From Meridianimarinicoccus sp. (GTDB taxonomy: Bacteria; Pseudomonadota; Alphaproteobacteria; Rhodobacterales; Rhodobacteraceae), in the NCBI GenBank assembly GCA_044221805.1, contig JBGAOK010000001.1:19030-83029 (forward strand): a stretch of 64,000 nt of DNA, read 5' to 3'. Positions 39,786 through 49,951 of the stretch are shown here, piece by piece. How positions within the stretch are numbered: position 1 is the stretch's first letter; every line of letters begins with the position of its first letter. The position numbers were made by a program, and so were the translations under genes. The notes under the pieces are model-generated. The model was not told where the DNA came from, made no database searches, and saw only the letters and a list, made by a program, of their open reading frames with translations.

Positions 39786-40877
39786 ATGCATGTCGAGCAT
39801 GAAGACCCTTCAAGGGGCAGATGGGATCAGACTGTCGCCGCAGCCTGGGGAGACCGCCAGCCATGGCTGTGCGGATTCAACTATCTGCCCAGCAGCGCGG
39901 TCAATTTTCTTGAGATGTGGCGGGGCGCCACCTTCGACGCCGACCTGATCGACCGCGAGCTCGGCTGGGCCGCGGCGATCGGCTTCAACGCCGTGCGGAC
40001 CAACCTGCACTACCTGGACTGGGTGTTCGACCGGGACGGGCTGATGCAGCGGGTCGACCGGTTCCTCGACATCGCCAGCCGCCACGGCATCGCCACGATG
40101 CTGTGCCTGTTCGACGATTGCGAGTTCTCCGGCACCGCGCCGCAATGGGGGCCGCAACCGGATCCGCTGCCCGGGGTGCACAACAGCCGCGCGATCGGCA
40201 GTCCCGGGCGCGCGCTTGTCGCCGACCGCGGCGAATGGCCGTTCCTGCGCGGCTATGTCCACGACTTCCTCACCCGTTTCGGCCAGGACCCGCGCGTGGT
40301 GGTCTGGGACCTCTACAACGAGCCCGGCAACCGCGCGATCTTCTCGACCGGCGCCACCCAGGGCCTGCACGGCGACGAGCTGGAGCCGGCGAGCATGGAC
40401 CTGATGCGCGCGAGCTTTGCCTGGGCGCGGGAAGTGGCACCTTCGCAGCCCCTGACGGTGGCGCTGTGGCGGATCGGCGCGATCGGGTCCGACCCTTTCC
40501 CGCATCCGATCGACAAGGAAGCGCTGGCGCTGTCGGATGTGGTCAGCTTCCATGCCTACTGCCCGTTGCCGCAGATGCGCTATCTTTCCGACGCGCTCGA
40601 GGCGTCCGGGCGGCCGCTGTTCTGCACCGAATGGATGGCCCGCACCATCGACAGCCGCATCGGCGAACAGCTGCCCTATTTCCGCGAGCGCAACATCGGC
40701 GCCTTCCAGTGGGGCCTGGTGAAGGGGCGTACCCAGACATATCTGCCGTGGCCCGGCTTCGCCGCGCCCGAGTCCGGGAACCAGGAGTGGTTCCACGACA
40801 TTCTCTCCGAGGACGGCCAGCCCTATGCGCCGTCCGAACTGGAAACGATCCGCGCCCTGCAGATCGTGAAAGCCTGA
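39786..40877 (+). CDS. Clan GH-A glycoside hydrolase (GH5-like)
   Basis: Acid/base WDLYNEPG, SFHAY, nucleophile CTEW, WGLVKGRTQT; no signal peptide. Confidence 0.8.
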   Translation: MHVEHEDPSRGRWDQTVAAAWGDRQPWLCGFNYLPSSAVNFLEMWRGATFDADLIDRELGWAAAIGFNAVRTNLHYLDWVFDRDGLMQRVDRFLDIASRHGIATMLCLFDDCEFSGTAPQWGPQPDPLPGVHNSRAIGSPGRALVADRGEWPFLRGYVHDFLTRFGQDPRVVVWDLYNEPGNRAIFSTGATQGLHGDELEPASMDLMRASFAWAREVAPSQPLTVALWRIGAIGSDPFPHPIDKEALALSDVVSFHAYCPLPQMRYLSDALEASGRPLFCTEWMARTIDSRIGEQLPYFRERNIGAFQWGLVKGRTQTYLPWPGFAAPESGNQEWFHDILSEDGQPYAPSELETIRALQIVKA

Positions 40878-40937
40878 CCGCTGGCGCCTCGCCCGGGGGG
40901 CCGGATTTTCGGGCGCCCGCGGCGATGGAGTGACAGC

Positions 40938-42212
40938 ATGGAGAACCGGACCGAGGCGGCCCGGGAAGCGACGCGCGCGGCCGAGGTCAGCGCGATCGAA
41001 AGCGGCGAGCGCGCGGAACGGCACGAACGTCGCCTGCACGCGGTGATCCGCGACCGGGCCGCGCTATTGCCGGTGCCGGTCCTGCACGAAGGCGACGACC
41101 TGCGCAGCTTCTTCATGGGCGGGTTCGAATGCGCCTCGCACCGCCGTGGCGACCGCCGCCGTCTCGACCTCGCGGCCTCGACGGGGCACGAGGCGCATGC
41201 GGCCGCGGATTATCGCGCGCTGGCCCGCCATGGCATCCGCACGGTGCGGGACGGCCTGCGCTGGCACCGGATCGAAACCGCCCCCGGCAGGTACGACTGG
41301 TCGAGCTTCCTGCCGATGCTGCGCGCCGCGCGGGAGACCGGGACGCAGGTGATCTGGGATCTGGCCCATTACGGCTGGCCCGACGACATCGACATCTGGT
41401 CGCCGGCCTTCACCGAGCGTTTGGGGCCTTTGCCCGGGCCGCCGCCGAAGTGATCCGGTCCGAGACCGACGAGGTTCCGTTCTACGTGCCGGTCAACGAG
41501 ATCTCGTTCTGGGCCTGGGGCGGCGGCAGCGTCGCCTATATCAATCCCTTCGCCGAGGGCCGCGGCGACGAGCTGAAGCTGGCGCTGGCCCGGGCGGCTC
41601 TGGCCGCGATCGACGCGGTGCGCGCGGTGGACCCGCGGGCGCAGATCGTGTCCGCGGAACCGGCGATCCACATCGGCCCCCGGTCGTCCTCGCCCGCCGA
41701 CATCGCTGCCGCCCGGGATTACTCCGCCGCACAGTTCCAGGCGATGGACCTTCTTCTGGGCCGCGAGCGGCCCGACCTTGGCGGGGCCCCTGACCGCGTC
41801 GATATAGTCGGCCTGAACGTCTACATCCACAACCAGTGGACGGACGGCGACCTGACGATGACGCTGGACCATGCCGACTACCGGCCGTTGCCGGACATTC
41901 TCGCCGACGTGCACCGGCGCTACGGGCGCCCGGTCCTGCTGGCCGAGACCGGGATCGAGGGCGACAGCCGCGCGGCCTGGCTGCGGGTCATCGCCACCGA
42001 GGTCGCCGCCGCCCAGCAGGCCGGCGTGCCGGTGGCGGGGCTGTGCCTTTATCCGGTGACCGACTATCCTGGCTGGGTCGACGACCGCTATTGCCCGACC
42101 GGCCTGCTCGGCTATCCCGACGCCAGCGGTGCGCGATCAGAGTGTGTGCCCGCCCCTTGCGGACGAGCTTGCCAGCCTGCACCGCTCCATGTTGCGCCGC
42201 GGCCCCGGCTGA
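40938..42212 (+). pseudogene. GH1-like beta-glucosidase, frameshifted
   Basis: FMGGFEC, VRDGLRWH, WDLAHYGWP in one frame; VNEISF, LAETG, GLCLYP in the next; shift at about 41420 and probably again at about 42140. Confidence 0.75.
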
Positions 42213-42230
42213 ATCGGGACAACTCCCGGG

Positions 42231-42255
42231 GGAACAAAATGCCTCTCCGGCTGTT
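42231..42255 (+). promoter_or_regulatory. EcfG-like promoter upstream of phyR-like gene
   Basis: GGAAC-N16-TGTT followed by GGAGG RBS and ATG at 42286. Confidence 0.55.
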
Positions 42256-42285
42256 TCCATCGGAACAGCAGTCGGAGGATCGCAG

Positions 42286-43012
42286 ATGACGGGTGCCGGA
42301 ACAGTCGCCGCCGAGATCGCGCATCTGCGCCGCCATGCCCATGCGCTGACCGGGAACTGGGTGCGGGGCGACGACCTCGCCCGCTCCGCCCTGCAAGCGA
42401 CAGGCCGGGATGTCCGGTCGCTGATGCTGGCGTCGAGCCCCCGGGTCGGCCTCTACCGAACCTTTCACCGGATCTGGTCCCGATCGGACGAACCCGCCGC
42501 GACGGCGCGGGGCGCGCGCTGCCGCGAAAGCCTGCTGCTGGCGGCGGGCGAGAGGTTCCAGCCCGGGCAGGTCGCCGAGATCCTCGAGATTCCGGTGGGC
42601 ATGGTGCCGGGCCTGCCGCGCCGCGCCCGGACCGAAGCGCAGGCCCGCCATCGCAAGGCCGCGGTGGTGCTGACGGACGCCCCCGAGGGGGATGCCGCCA
42701 CCCTCGGCGATGCCTGCGCAAACGCCGGTGCGGATCGCGGGGCTGGCTCGGACCGCTGGCGAAGCGCTGACCCTCGCCCGCACGACCACGCCCGATCTGC
42801 TCATTGCCGACTGCCGGGACGACCCGGCGGCCATGGTCGATCTTGCCGCCTCGGTCCTGGCGCGGGTCGGCATGCGACCGGTGCTGTTCCTGGCGTGCAA
42901 CCGGCGGCGCTTCTGCGACCGGACCTGCCTGCCGCCACCTGGATCCTGCCGATGCCCTGTCGGCAGGATCAGTTTCACCCTCACGCTCGACCAGCTTCTG
43001 CTGTTCGACACC
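42286..43012 (+). pseudogene. phyR: Degenerate PhyR-like anti-anti-sigma response regulator
   Basis: Sigma-like N-terminus LRRHAHALTG..GD..PRVGLYRTFHRIW and ESLLL; receiver GLARTAGEAL..PDLLIAD..PVLFL..LDQLLLFD in a different frame. Confidence 0.7.
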
Positions 43013-43088
43013 GGCGTGCTGCTGGACGGCCTCGACCCCGGCAGCCCGAGTACGGCACATGCCGGCGCCCGGGCCCGGGCGGCAGGGC

Positions 43089-43112
43089 GGAACCAAGCTG
43101 CCGCGGCGGGTT
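43089..43112 (+). promoter_or_regulatory. EcfG-like promoter upstream of glycosyltransferase-glf
   Basis: GGAAC-N15-GGTT (spacer one base short of consensus). Confidence 0.35.
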
Positions 43113-43171
43113 ATCCCAGCCGGCTCGCCCCGAGCCACCACCCGAAATCTCGAGAAAAGGATCAAAGGGAC

Positions 43172-44293
43172 ATGACCTGTTCCAGATTGATTGTGTGCGC
43201 CTCGCACCTCGGCTGGGACCTCGTGTTCCAGCGTCCCCAGCACCTGATGACCCGCGCCGCCCGTGACAGCGCCGTCCTTTACCTTGAGGAGCCGCGGGAG
43301 GAGGACCGGACGGATCCGGTGCTGGCCCGGCGGATCGATCCCTCGGGCGTCGTGATCGCGACGCCGCTCCTGCCGCGCGGCACCCGGTTCCGCACCCAGA
43401 TGGTCCGCACCGTGCTGGACGAGGCGATTGCCGGGTTCGGCGCCGACGAACTGGTGCTGTGGATCTATACGCCGATGGCGCTGGACTACGTGGGTCACCT
43501 GGCTGCCGACGCCCGGGTCTACGACTGCATGGATGAACTCAGCGCCTTCAGCAATCCGCCGGCCGGCCTGATCGAGCGCGAGCGCCAGCTGCTGCGCCAG
43601 GCCGATCTGGTCTTCGTCGGCGGCCGCAGCCTGTTCGAGGCCAAGTGCGGGTCCAACCCCGCCACCTACCTCTATCCCAGCAGCGTCGATGCGGCGCATT
43701 TCGGCTCGGCCGCGGACGGGCTGCCCGATCCCGCGGATCAGGCTGCGCTGGGACGGCCGCGGATCGGCTTCTTCGGCGTCATCGACGAACGCATGGACCT
43801 GTCGCTGGTGGAGGTCGCCGCCCGGGCCTGCCCCGAGGTGTCCTTCGTCTTTCTCGGACCGGTGGTGAAGATCGACCCGGCGTCCCTGCCGCAGGGCGTG
43901 AACCTTCACTGGCTGGGGCGGAAGACCTATGGCGAGCTTCCCGCCTACCTGGCCCATTGGGATGCCGGCTGGATGCCCTTCGCGCTGAACGACGCGACCC
44001 GCTTCATCAGCCCGACCAAGACGCCCGAGTTCCTCGCGTCCGGCCTGCCGGTGGTGTCGACGGCGGTCCCGGACGTGGTGCGGGACTATGGCCTGACCGG
44101 CATGGTGGCGATCGCGGACGAGACGAGCATTGCCGCGGCGCTTCGCCAGAGCCTCGGGCCGCAGGACCCGATCTGGCGCCGCAAGGTGAGCGCACAGCTC
44201 GCCCGGACCTCGTGGGAGAGGACCTGGGCGGAAATGGACGGACATGTCCGCCGGGTCGGTGGCGCCCGCCTGCTCGCTTCGAAGGGGATCTGA
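43172..44293 (+). CDS. GT-B glycosyltransferase (GT4-like), glf-associated
   Basis: SHLGWDLVFQRPQHLM, YDCMDELSAF, GFFGVIDER, FISPTKTPEFLASGLPVVST. Confidence 0.88.
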   Translation: MTCSRLIVCASHLGWDLVFQRPQHLMTRAARDSAVLYLEEPREEDRTDPVLARRIDPSGVVIATPLLPRGTRFRTQMVRTVLDEAIAGFGADELVLWIYTPMALDYVGHLAADARVYDCMDELSAFSNPPAGLIERERQLLRQADLVFVGGRSLFEAKCGSNPATYLYPSSVDAAHFGSAADGLPDPADQAALGRPRIGFFGVIDERMDLSLVEVAARACPEVSFVFLGPVVKIDPASLPQGVNLHWLGRKTYGELPAYLAHWDAGWMPFALNDATRFISPTKTPEFLASGLPVVSTAVPDVVRDYGLTGMVAIADETSIAAALRQSLGPQDPIWRRKVSAQLARTSWERTWAEMDGHVRRVGGARLLASKGI

Positions 44294-44296
44294 GAC

Positions 44297-45430
44297 ATGT
44301 ATGACTGGATCGTGGTTGGCGCCGGCTTCGCCGGCAGCGTGCTGGCCGAACGTCTCGCGTCGCAGCGCGGGGACCGGGTCCTGGTGATCGACCGGCGCCC
44401 GCATGTGGCCGGGAACGCGTTCGACCATCTCGATGCAGCCGGCGTCCTGGTGCACAAGTACGGCCCGCACATCTTTCACACCAACTCCGAGGCGATCGCC
44501 GATCATCTGTCGCAGTTCACCCGCTGGCGGGACTATGAACACCGCGTCCTCGCCCGGGTCGACGACATGCTGGTGCCGATCCCCATCAACCTCGACACGA
44601 TCAACCGCCTTTATGGTCTCGACCTGAACTCCGCCGGCATGGAAGCCTTCCTTGCGGCCCGGCGCGAAGTTCCGGCCGAAATCCGCACCTCGGAAGACGT
44701 GGTCGTCGCGACGGTCGGACGGGAGCTCTACGAGAAGTTCTTCCGGGGCTACACCCGCAAGCAGTGGGGGATGGACCCTTCGGAACTGTCCAAGGCCGTC
44801 ACCGCGCGCATCCCCACCCGCACCAACCGGGACGACCGCTATTTCAGCGACAGTTTCCAGAAGACGCCCGCCGACGGCTATACCGCGATGTTCAAGCGGA
44901 TGCTGGATCACCCGAACATCGAGATCGCGCTGGGAACCGACCTCGCCGACATCCGCGGCAAGGTAGCGTTCCGGCGGATGATCTACACCGGCCCGATTGA
45001 CGAATACTTCGGCTTCCGCCTCGGCCGCCTGCCCTACCGATCGCTCCGGTTCCGCCACGAGACGCTCGACACCGAATGGCACCAGCCGGTGGCGGTGGTG
45101 AACTATCCGCAGACCGAGGACTATACCCGGGTGACCGAATACAAGCACCTCACCGGACAGGTGCATCCGAAGACCAGCGTCACTTACGAATATCCCTCCG
45201 CCGAGGGCGATCCCTACTATCCGGTGCCGCGGCCCGAGAACGAGGCGCTGTACCAGCGCTATCAGCTGCTGGCCCGGTCCTGCCGCGACGTCTGGTTCGT
45301 CGGGCGGCTGGCCACCTACCGGTATTACAACATGGACCAGGTCGTCGGGCAGGCACTGGCCACGTTCCGCCGGCTCTCGGCCCTTCTGGATGGCAAATCT
45401 CTTCGCCCGTCACTGCCTGCCGCGAGCTAG
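44297..45430 (+). CDS. glf: UDP-galactopyranose mutase
   Basis: VGAGFAG, HKYGPHIFHTN, YT.KQWG, PYYP, GRLATYRYYNMDQ. Confidence 0.95.
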   Translation: MYDWIVVGAGFAGSVLAERLASQRGDRVLVIDRRPHVAGNAFDHLDAAGVLVHKYGPHIFHTNSEAIADHLSQFTRWRDYEHRVLARVDDMLVPIPINLDTINRLYGLDLNSAGMEAFLAARREVPAEIRTSEDVVVATVGRELYEKFFRGYTRKQWGMDPSELSKAVTARIPTRTNRDDRYFSDSFQKTPADGYTAMFKRMLDHPNIEIALGTDLADIRGKVAFRRMIYTGPIDEYFGFRLGRLPYRSLRFRHETLDTEWHQPVAVVNYPQTEDYTRVTEYKHLTGQVHPKTSVTYEYPSAEGDPYYPVPRPENEALYQRYQLLARSCRDVWFVGRLATYRYYNMDQVVGQALATFRRLSALLDGKSLRPSLPAAS

Positions 45431-45651
45431 GCGTTCGAGGCCAGGGGTTGATGGCGCGAGGGCGTGTCGCCACTGTCTTTGGATTGATGCCCGGTTCCCG
45501 GCTCGACTGCGCGAGCGAAGGTTGCGATCGCAGTATTGCAGCTCTGACGGTGTGCGTGGTCGTGGCGCTGCCGTGACGAACTTGTCCCATAGCGCTTCCT
45601 TCCATTCCCTCGAGAATATCGCACCATCAAGCCTCGGGACCAAGCACCTGG
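45428..45651 (-). mobile_element. Miniature IS481-family remnant
   Basis: MGQVRHGSATTTHTVRAAI.RSQ.SLA..S.E.GINPKTVA IS481 N-terminus between degenerate IRs sharing TTGATGG / CCATCAA. Confidence 0.75.
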
Positions 45652-46109
45652 GAACGCCCCGGATCCGGCATCCAATCGGGCGGTATCCGTCCCTCGGCCG
45701 CACCGCACGACGTTAGGGGCGACGCGATTTTTTGCCTTCTTGCGGCCGTGGGGCTGCGCAGACATGATCTTGCCGTCCGTGACTGCTGCCCCAGCACCGA
45801 CAACCATCGGCACAGGGGCCTGAACAACCGGGCCGAGGCGTAGCGCCGGGGCAGGTGACGGCGAGAAATGCGGCGCGACGTTTCCACGGCTTCTTCCGCC
45901 CGACCGATGCCAGTAATGGAACTTCATCCGGGCAATGGCCCGGTCCGCAAACAGCAACCAGGCCGAAGGTTTCTGCCGATGACAGCTTTGATCGTTCTGG
46001 TCTGCCGCCCCGGCGAAGCAGGCGCCGCCCGGCCCGGTCCGGGGGACCGGTGCGGGCCAGCGCGACGGAGCGGCCGGGGCGCGCGCCCTTCCTGCCCGAA
46101 GGGCTGACG

Positions 46110-47882
46110 ATGCCCGGCCAACACCCCGGGTCCGATCGGTCGCAGACCGCCCACATGTCACCCTGGATCGAGGTGATCCGGCTTGTGCGCCTGTTCCGCG
46201 AGCGGACCTGGGTCGCGCCACTGATGATCCTGCTCGGGCTCGGCGCCGCGATCGCGGATACACTCAGCGTCGGGCTCGCCGTCACCCTGCTGTTCGCGCT
46301 GCTCGGGCAGAACGACCAGATCGCCGAGGGCGGCGGGATGCTGGCCCGGGTCTATGACACGCTCAGATCCGTCATCGGGCAGGAGCCCAGCAGGATCGCC
46401 GCGATCTTCTTCCTGCTGATCCTGTTCAACGCGGCGCTTGCCTATGTCTACCAGATCGTCACCGCGAACATGATGAACCGGGTAGCGCAGCGCGTGCGTG
46501 ACGCCGTCCACCGCGAATACCTTACCGTCAGCTACCGCTATCTTCAGCAGCGCGAGCAGGGCGAACTCCTGCATATCCTGTCGACCGAGACCTGGTCGGT
46601 GGCCGACGCCTTCTACCATGTCGCCCGGATCGGCGTGAACATCTGCGCCATCTTGGTGTTGGGCGCCGGACTGTTCCTGCTGTCATGGATCGTCGGGCTG
46701 ACCGCCTTCCTGTGCGCGGGCGCCGTGTTCGCCGTGTTGCGGCTGCTCTCCCGGCCGGTGCGTCGGATCGGCCGCGAAACGCTGGCGGCCAATCAGGTGC
46801 TGGCCGAACGGATGCTCGTGAGCCTCTACGGCATGCGGACGCTGCGTGTGTTCGCGCAGGAAGACTACATGCTGCGGGTGTTTGGCGCGGCCTCGTCCAG
46901 GGTGCGCCGGCTGGCCATCCGCGGCGAGACGATCAAGGGCCTGCTCGGCCCGCTGAGCGAGGTCGGCAGTCTCGCGGCCCTGATCGCGATCGCGCTTGTT
47001 GCCGGAAATGCCGGCGTCGACGTGCCGACGATCATCGCCGCCGTGCTTCTGCTGTTCCGGCTGCAGCCGCACCTGCGCGAGCTTGACACCAGTCGCCTTG
47101 CTCTGGCGGGGCTCAGCGCCTCGCTCCGGTCGGTGCGCGAGATGATCGACCACGACAAGCCCTATCCGCGTGAAGGGACGCTGACCTGTCCGGGCCTGCG
47201 CCACGACCTGCGCTTCGAGTCCGTGAGCTTCAGCCACGATGCCCGCCGGCGCAAGGCGCTGGACAACGTGACCCTGACGATCCGCCGGGGCGACGTGACC
47301 GTGCTGGCCGGACCGAGCGGATCGGGCAAGACCACGATCCTGAACCTCATCCTCAGGCTCTATGACCCCGACGGCGGCCGGATGAGCATCGACGGCACGG
47401 ATTTCCACGCCTACACCCGCGCGAGCTGGCTCGACCGGGTTGCGATTTCCGGGCAGGACGTCGAACTGGTCGAGGGAACGCTGGCCCAGAACCTGCGCAT
47501 CGGGGCGCATGACGCGGACGCGGCGAAGCTGCGCGCGGTCTGTGCCATGGTCGAAATCCTGCCCGACATCGAGGCGCTTCCCGAAGGCTTCGACACGCCG
47601 ATCGGCAATGCCGGGCAGAGCTTCTCCGGCGGCCAGCGCCAGCGGATCGGACTGGCGCGGGCGATGCTGCGCGACCCCGAATTCCTGGTTCTGGACGAGG
47701 CCATGAGCGCGTTGGAACCGGATCGGGAGATCCGGATCTTCGACCGCATCGCCGCGGCGATGCGGGGTCGGACCATTCTGGTCGTCAGCCACCGGAGCGA
47801 GACGACCTATCGCCCCGACCGGGTGATCCGGATCAGCGAGGGGCGTGTGGCCGACGGCGGCGAAGCCGATCCCGCGGGTTAG
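46110..47882 (+). CDS. ABC exporter, fused permease/ATPase (MsbA/PglK-like)
   Basis: About 6 N-terminal TM helices; GPSGSGKT, FSGGQRQR, LVLDEA, VSHR; glycan gene context. Confidence 0.85.
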   Translation: MPGQHPGSDRSQTAHMSPWIEVIRLVRLFRERTWVAPLMILLGLGAAIADTLSVGLAVTLLFALLGQNDQIAEGGGMLARVYDTLRSVIGQEPSRIAAIFFLLILFNAALAYVYQIVTANMMNRVAQRVRDAVHREYLTVSYRYLQQREQGELLHILSTETWSVADAFYHVARIGVNICAILVLGAGLFLLSWIVGLTAFLCAGAVFAVLRLLSRPVRRIGRETLAANQVLAERMLVSLYGMRTLRVFAQEDYMLRVFGAASSRVRRLAIRGETIKGLLGPLSEVGSLAALIAIALVAGNAGVDVPTIIAAVLLLFRLQPHLRELDTSRLALAGLSASLRSVREMIDHDKPYPREGTLTCPGLRHDLRFESVSFSHDARRRKALDNVTLTIRRGDVTVLAGPSGSGKTTILNLILRLYDPDGGRMSIDGTDFHAYTRASWLDRVAISGQDVELVEGTLAQNLRIGAHDADAAKLRAVCAMVEILPDIEALPEGFDTPIGNAGQSFSGGQRQRIGLARAMLRDPEFLVLDEAMSALEPDREIRIFDRIAAAMRGRTILVVSHRSETTYRPDRVIRISEGRVADGGEADPAG

Positions 47883-48913
47883 CGAACGTCTTTCAGATCG
47901 ACCACCGACAACCGGAACTTGCGCCGCAGCCAGGTGTAGAAGCGCGGCGTCAGCAGGAAGATGACCAGTCGGCGGCTGCGGACGTTGAACTGGTCGACGA
48001 TGTCCGTCGGGATGTTCTGGATCCGCCATGCGGTCGGCTGGTCGAAACGGAACATCTCGCCCCGAAACGCCTTCCACAGTCGGCGGCTCTTGTGGCCATG
48101 CTCGATCAGGTAGTCCTGCAGCCATTCCAGGAACACCGGGCGCATGACCGCGTCGCCTTTCATGCCACCGGCCTGATGGCAGGCAGAGTCCGGATGCTGC
48201 CGGTAGTGGTCAAGGATCCGGTCGGTCGCGATCACCTTGTATTTCAGGCAGATCTTGAAGAAGAAGACCTGATCCTCGTAAAGCGTGCGGAAGCTGTCCT
48301 CGAAGCCGTCGACCGCCAGGATGTGGTCGCGGCGCACCAGCAGGCTGCAGATGCCGGGCACGTTGCCGCCGTGCTTCTCGAGAAAGCCGATGGCGACGAT
48401 GGGGGCGTCGAGCACCTGCCGAACCGGCAGGCCCAGTTCGGTCGGGATGTCGGCTGCGAGCCACGGCCGGCGCCGGGCCCGGTCGGCGGTGGTCCACGAG
48501 GACCACAGCAGCGTCGGCCCCATCGACATGGTCACGTCGGGATGCGCCTCGAGCAGATCGACATGATGGGCGAGACGCTCTGGCAGCCAGACGTCATCAG
48601 CATCGAGGAACGCGACATAGGTCCCCCGCGCGAGCCGGATGCCGGCATTGCGTGACGCGCTCATCCCCCGGTTCTCGTGTCCAGGATGCTCGGTATAGAA
48701 GATCCGGTCCGGATTGGCGGCGGCATAACGCCGGGCGATCCCGGTCGCGCCGTCCGAGGATCCGTCATCGACCAGGATCAGTTCCCAGTCGGTGAAGGTC
48801 TGCGCCAGAACGCTTTCGATCGCCTCGGCGATGTATTTCTCGCCATTCAGGAAGATGATGATCCCGCTGACTTTCGGGGGGGCACTTCCGGCAACACTGG
48901 CTACGTCGTTCAT
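47879..48913 (-). CDS. Glycosyltransferase family 2
   Basis: LVDDGSSD, SASRNAG, FLDADD, YED. Confidence 0.88.
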   Translation of the reverse strand: MNDVASVAGSAPPKVSGIIIFLNGEKYIAEAIESVLAQTFTDWELILVDDGSSDGATGIARRYAAANPDRIFYTEHPGHENRGMSASRNAGIRLARGTYVAFLDADDVWLPERLAHHVDLLEAHPDVTMSMGPTLLWSSWTTADRARRRPWLAADIPTELGLPVRQVLDAPIVAIGFLEKHGGNVPGICSLLVRRDHILAVDGFEDSFRTLYEDQVFFFKICLKYKVIATDRILDHYRQHPDSACHQAGGMKGDAVMRPVFLEWLQDYLIEHGHKSRRLWKAFRGEMFRFDQPTAWRIQNIPTDIVDQFNVRSRRLVIFLLTPRFYTWLRRKFRLSVVDLKDVR

Positions 48914-48943
48914 CTTGCACTGCTCCAATCTGTCTGGCAGCCG

Positions 48944-49951
48944 TCAGCTGCCGACGAGTTCCCGAACGAACTGCTCGAAGCGGTCCGCTGTCATGTCCGG
49001 AACATGGATCCGGGGAATTCGGAAAGGATCGGTTCCGCTGGTCACAAGTCCCGGTCGCACCTCGCAGGATCGTGCGAAGCCGGCGTCCCGGATGGCCCCG
49101 ATCACTGCAGCATCCTGCAGGCCGAAGGGAGCGGCGAAACTTTCGACGCTCTGGCCGGTCCAGTCGCGCAGGGCGGCGCGTCCCTCGCGGATTTCGCGGG
49201 CTGCGGTGTCGGCCGAAATCCGGGGCAGTGCGGCATGGGTTCGGGTATGGCCGCCGATCTCGACCTGCCCGGACGCCGCGAGGGAGCGCAGTTCCGCCAG
49301 CGCCATGGGATGGTTCCCGGCACTGCCCGCCCGATCGACGCCGGTCTGCGCCGCGATGTCGCTGACGGCCTGCGCCACGGCCTCGGGCGGAAGGGACATC
49401 ACTGCCTGCGCGATCTCGAACAGCAGCGCAGCCCGCCGCCGCGCGCCGGCGGGAAAGGTGCGGACGTGCGGCCCGAGGGCGAGCGTCAGCCGGTCGGGAA
49501 GGGTGTCGGCGCCGATGATCGCGCGGGTCAGGACATCCCACCAGAACTCCTGATCGCTTCCGATCGTGCCTGACGTGACGAAAACCGTGGCAGGCAACCC
49601 GGCGGCCCGCAGCATCGGCAGGGCGACGGCATGGTTGTCGCGATACCCGTCGTCGAAGGTGATCGCGATGGCGCGTCGCGCGCCCGCGTCCCGCGCGATC
49701 TCGTCCCAGAGACCGGAAAGGGTCAGACAGGGTCCAAGCTGCGCCAGAACTTCCAGATGGCCGGCGAAATTCTGCGGCGAGACTGACAACTCCCACGGGT
49801 CGACGCCTGGCGTGGCGATCCGGTGATACATCAGGACAAGTCCGTGCCGCATCCGCCGTGCCCCGAGGCAGGCGGCAATCCGATGGCAACGCCGGGCCGT
49901 TCGCAAAGCCCTTTCCCGCAATGTCTCCACCTCCACCTCCACGTGAATCAT
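48944..49951 (-). CDS. Polysaccharide deacetylase (CE4/NodB)
   Basis: LMYHRI, AITFDDGY, IGGHTRTH, FAAPFG; start uncertain. Confidence 0.85.
   Translation of the reverse strand: MIHVEVEVETLRERALRTARRCHRIAACLGARRMRHGLVLMYHRIATPGVDPWELSVSPQNFAGHLEVLAQLGPCLTLSGLWDEIARDAGARRAIAITFDDGYRDNHAVALPMLRAAGLPATVFVTSGTIGSDQEFWWDVLTRAIIGADTLPDRLTLALGPHVRTFPAGARRRAALLFEIAQAVMSLPPEAVAQAVSDIAAQTGVDRAGSAGNHPMALAELRSLAASGQVEIGGHTRTHAALPRISADTAAREIREGRAALRDWTGQSVESFAAPFGLQDAAVIGAIRDAGFARSCEVRPGLVTSGTDPFRIPRIHVPDMTADRFEQFVRELVGS

Noticed and set aside
42692-44293. Apparent receiver-glycosyltransferase fusion (533 aa)
   Set aside because: Arises from phyR frameshifts; the glycosyltransferase has its own RBS and ATG at 43172
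42137-45166. 1009-aa minus-strand ORF
   Set aside because: Antisense shadow of phyR-like, glycosyltransferase and glf genes
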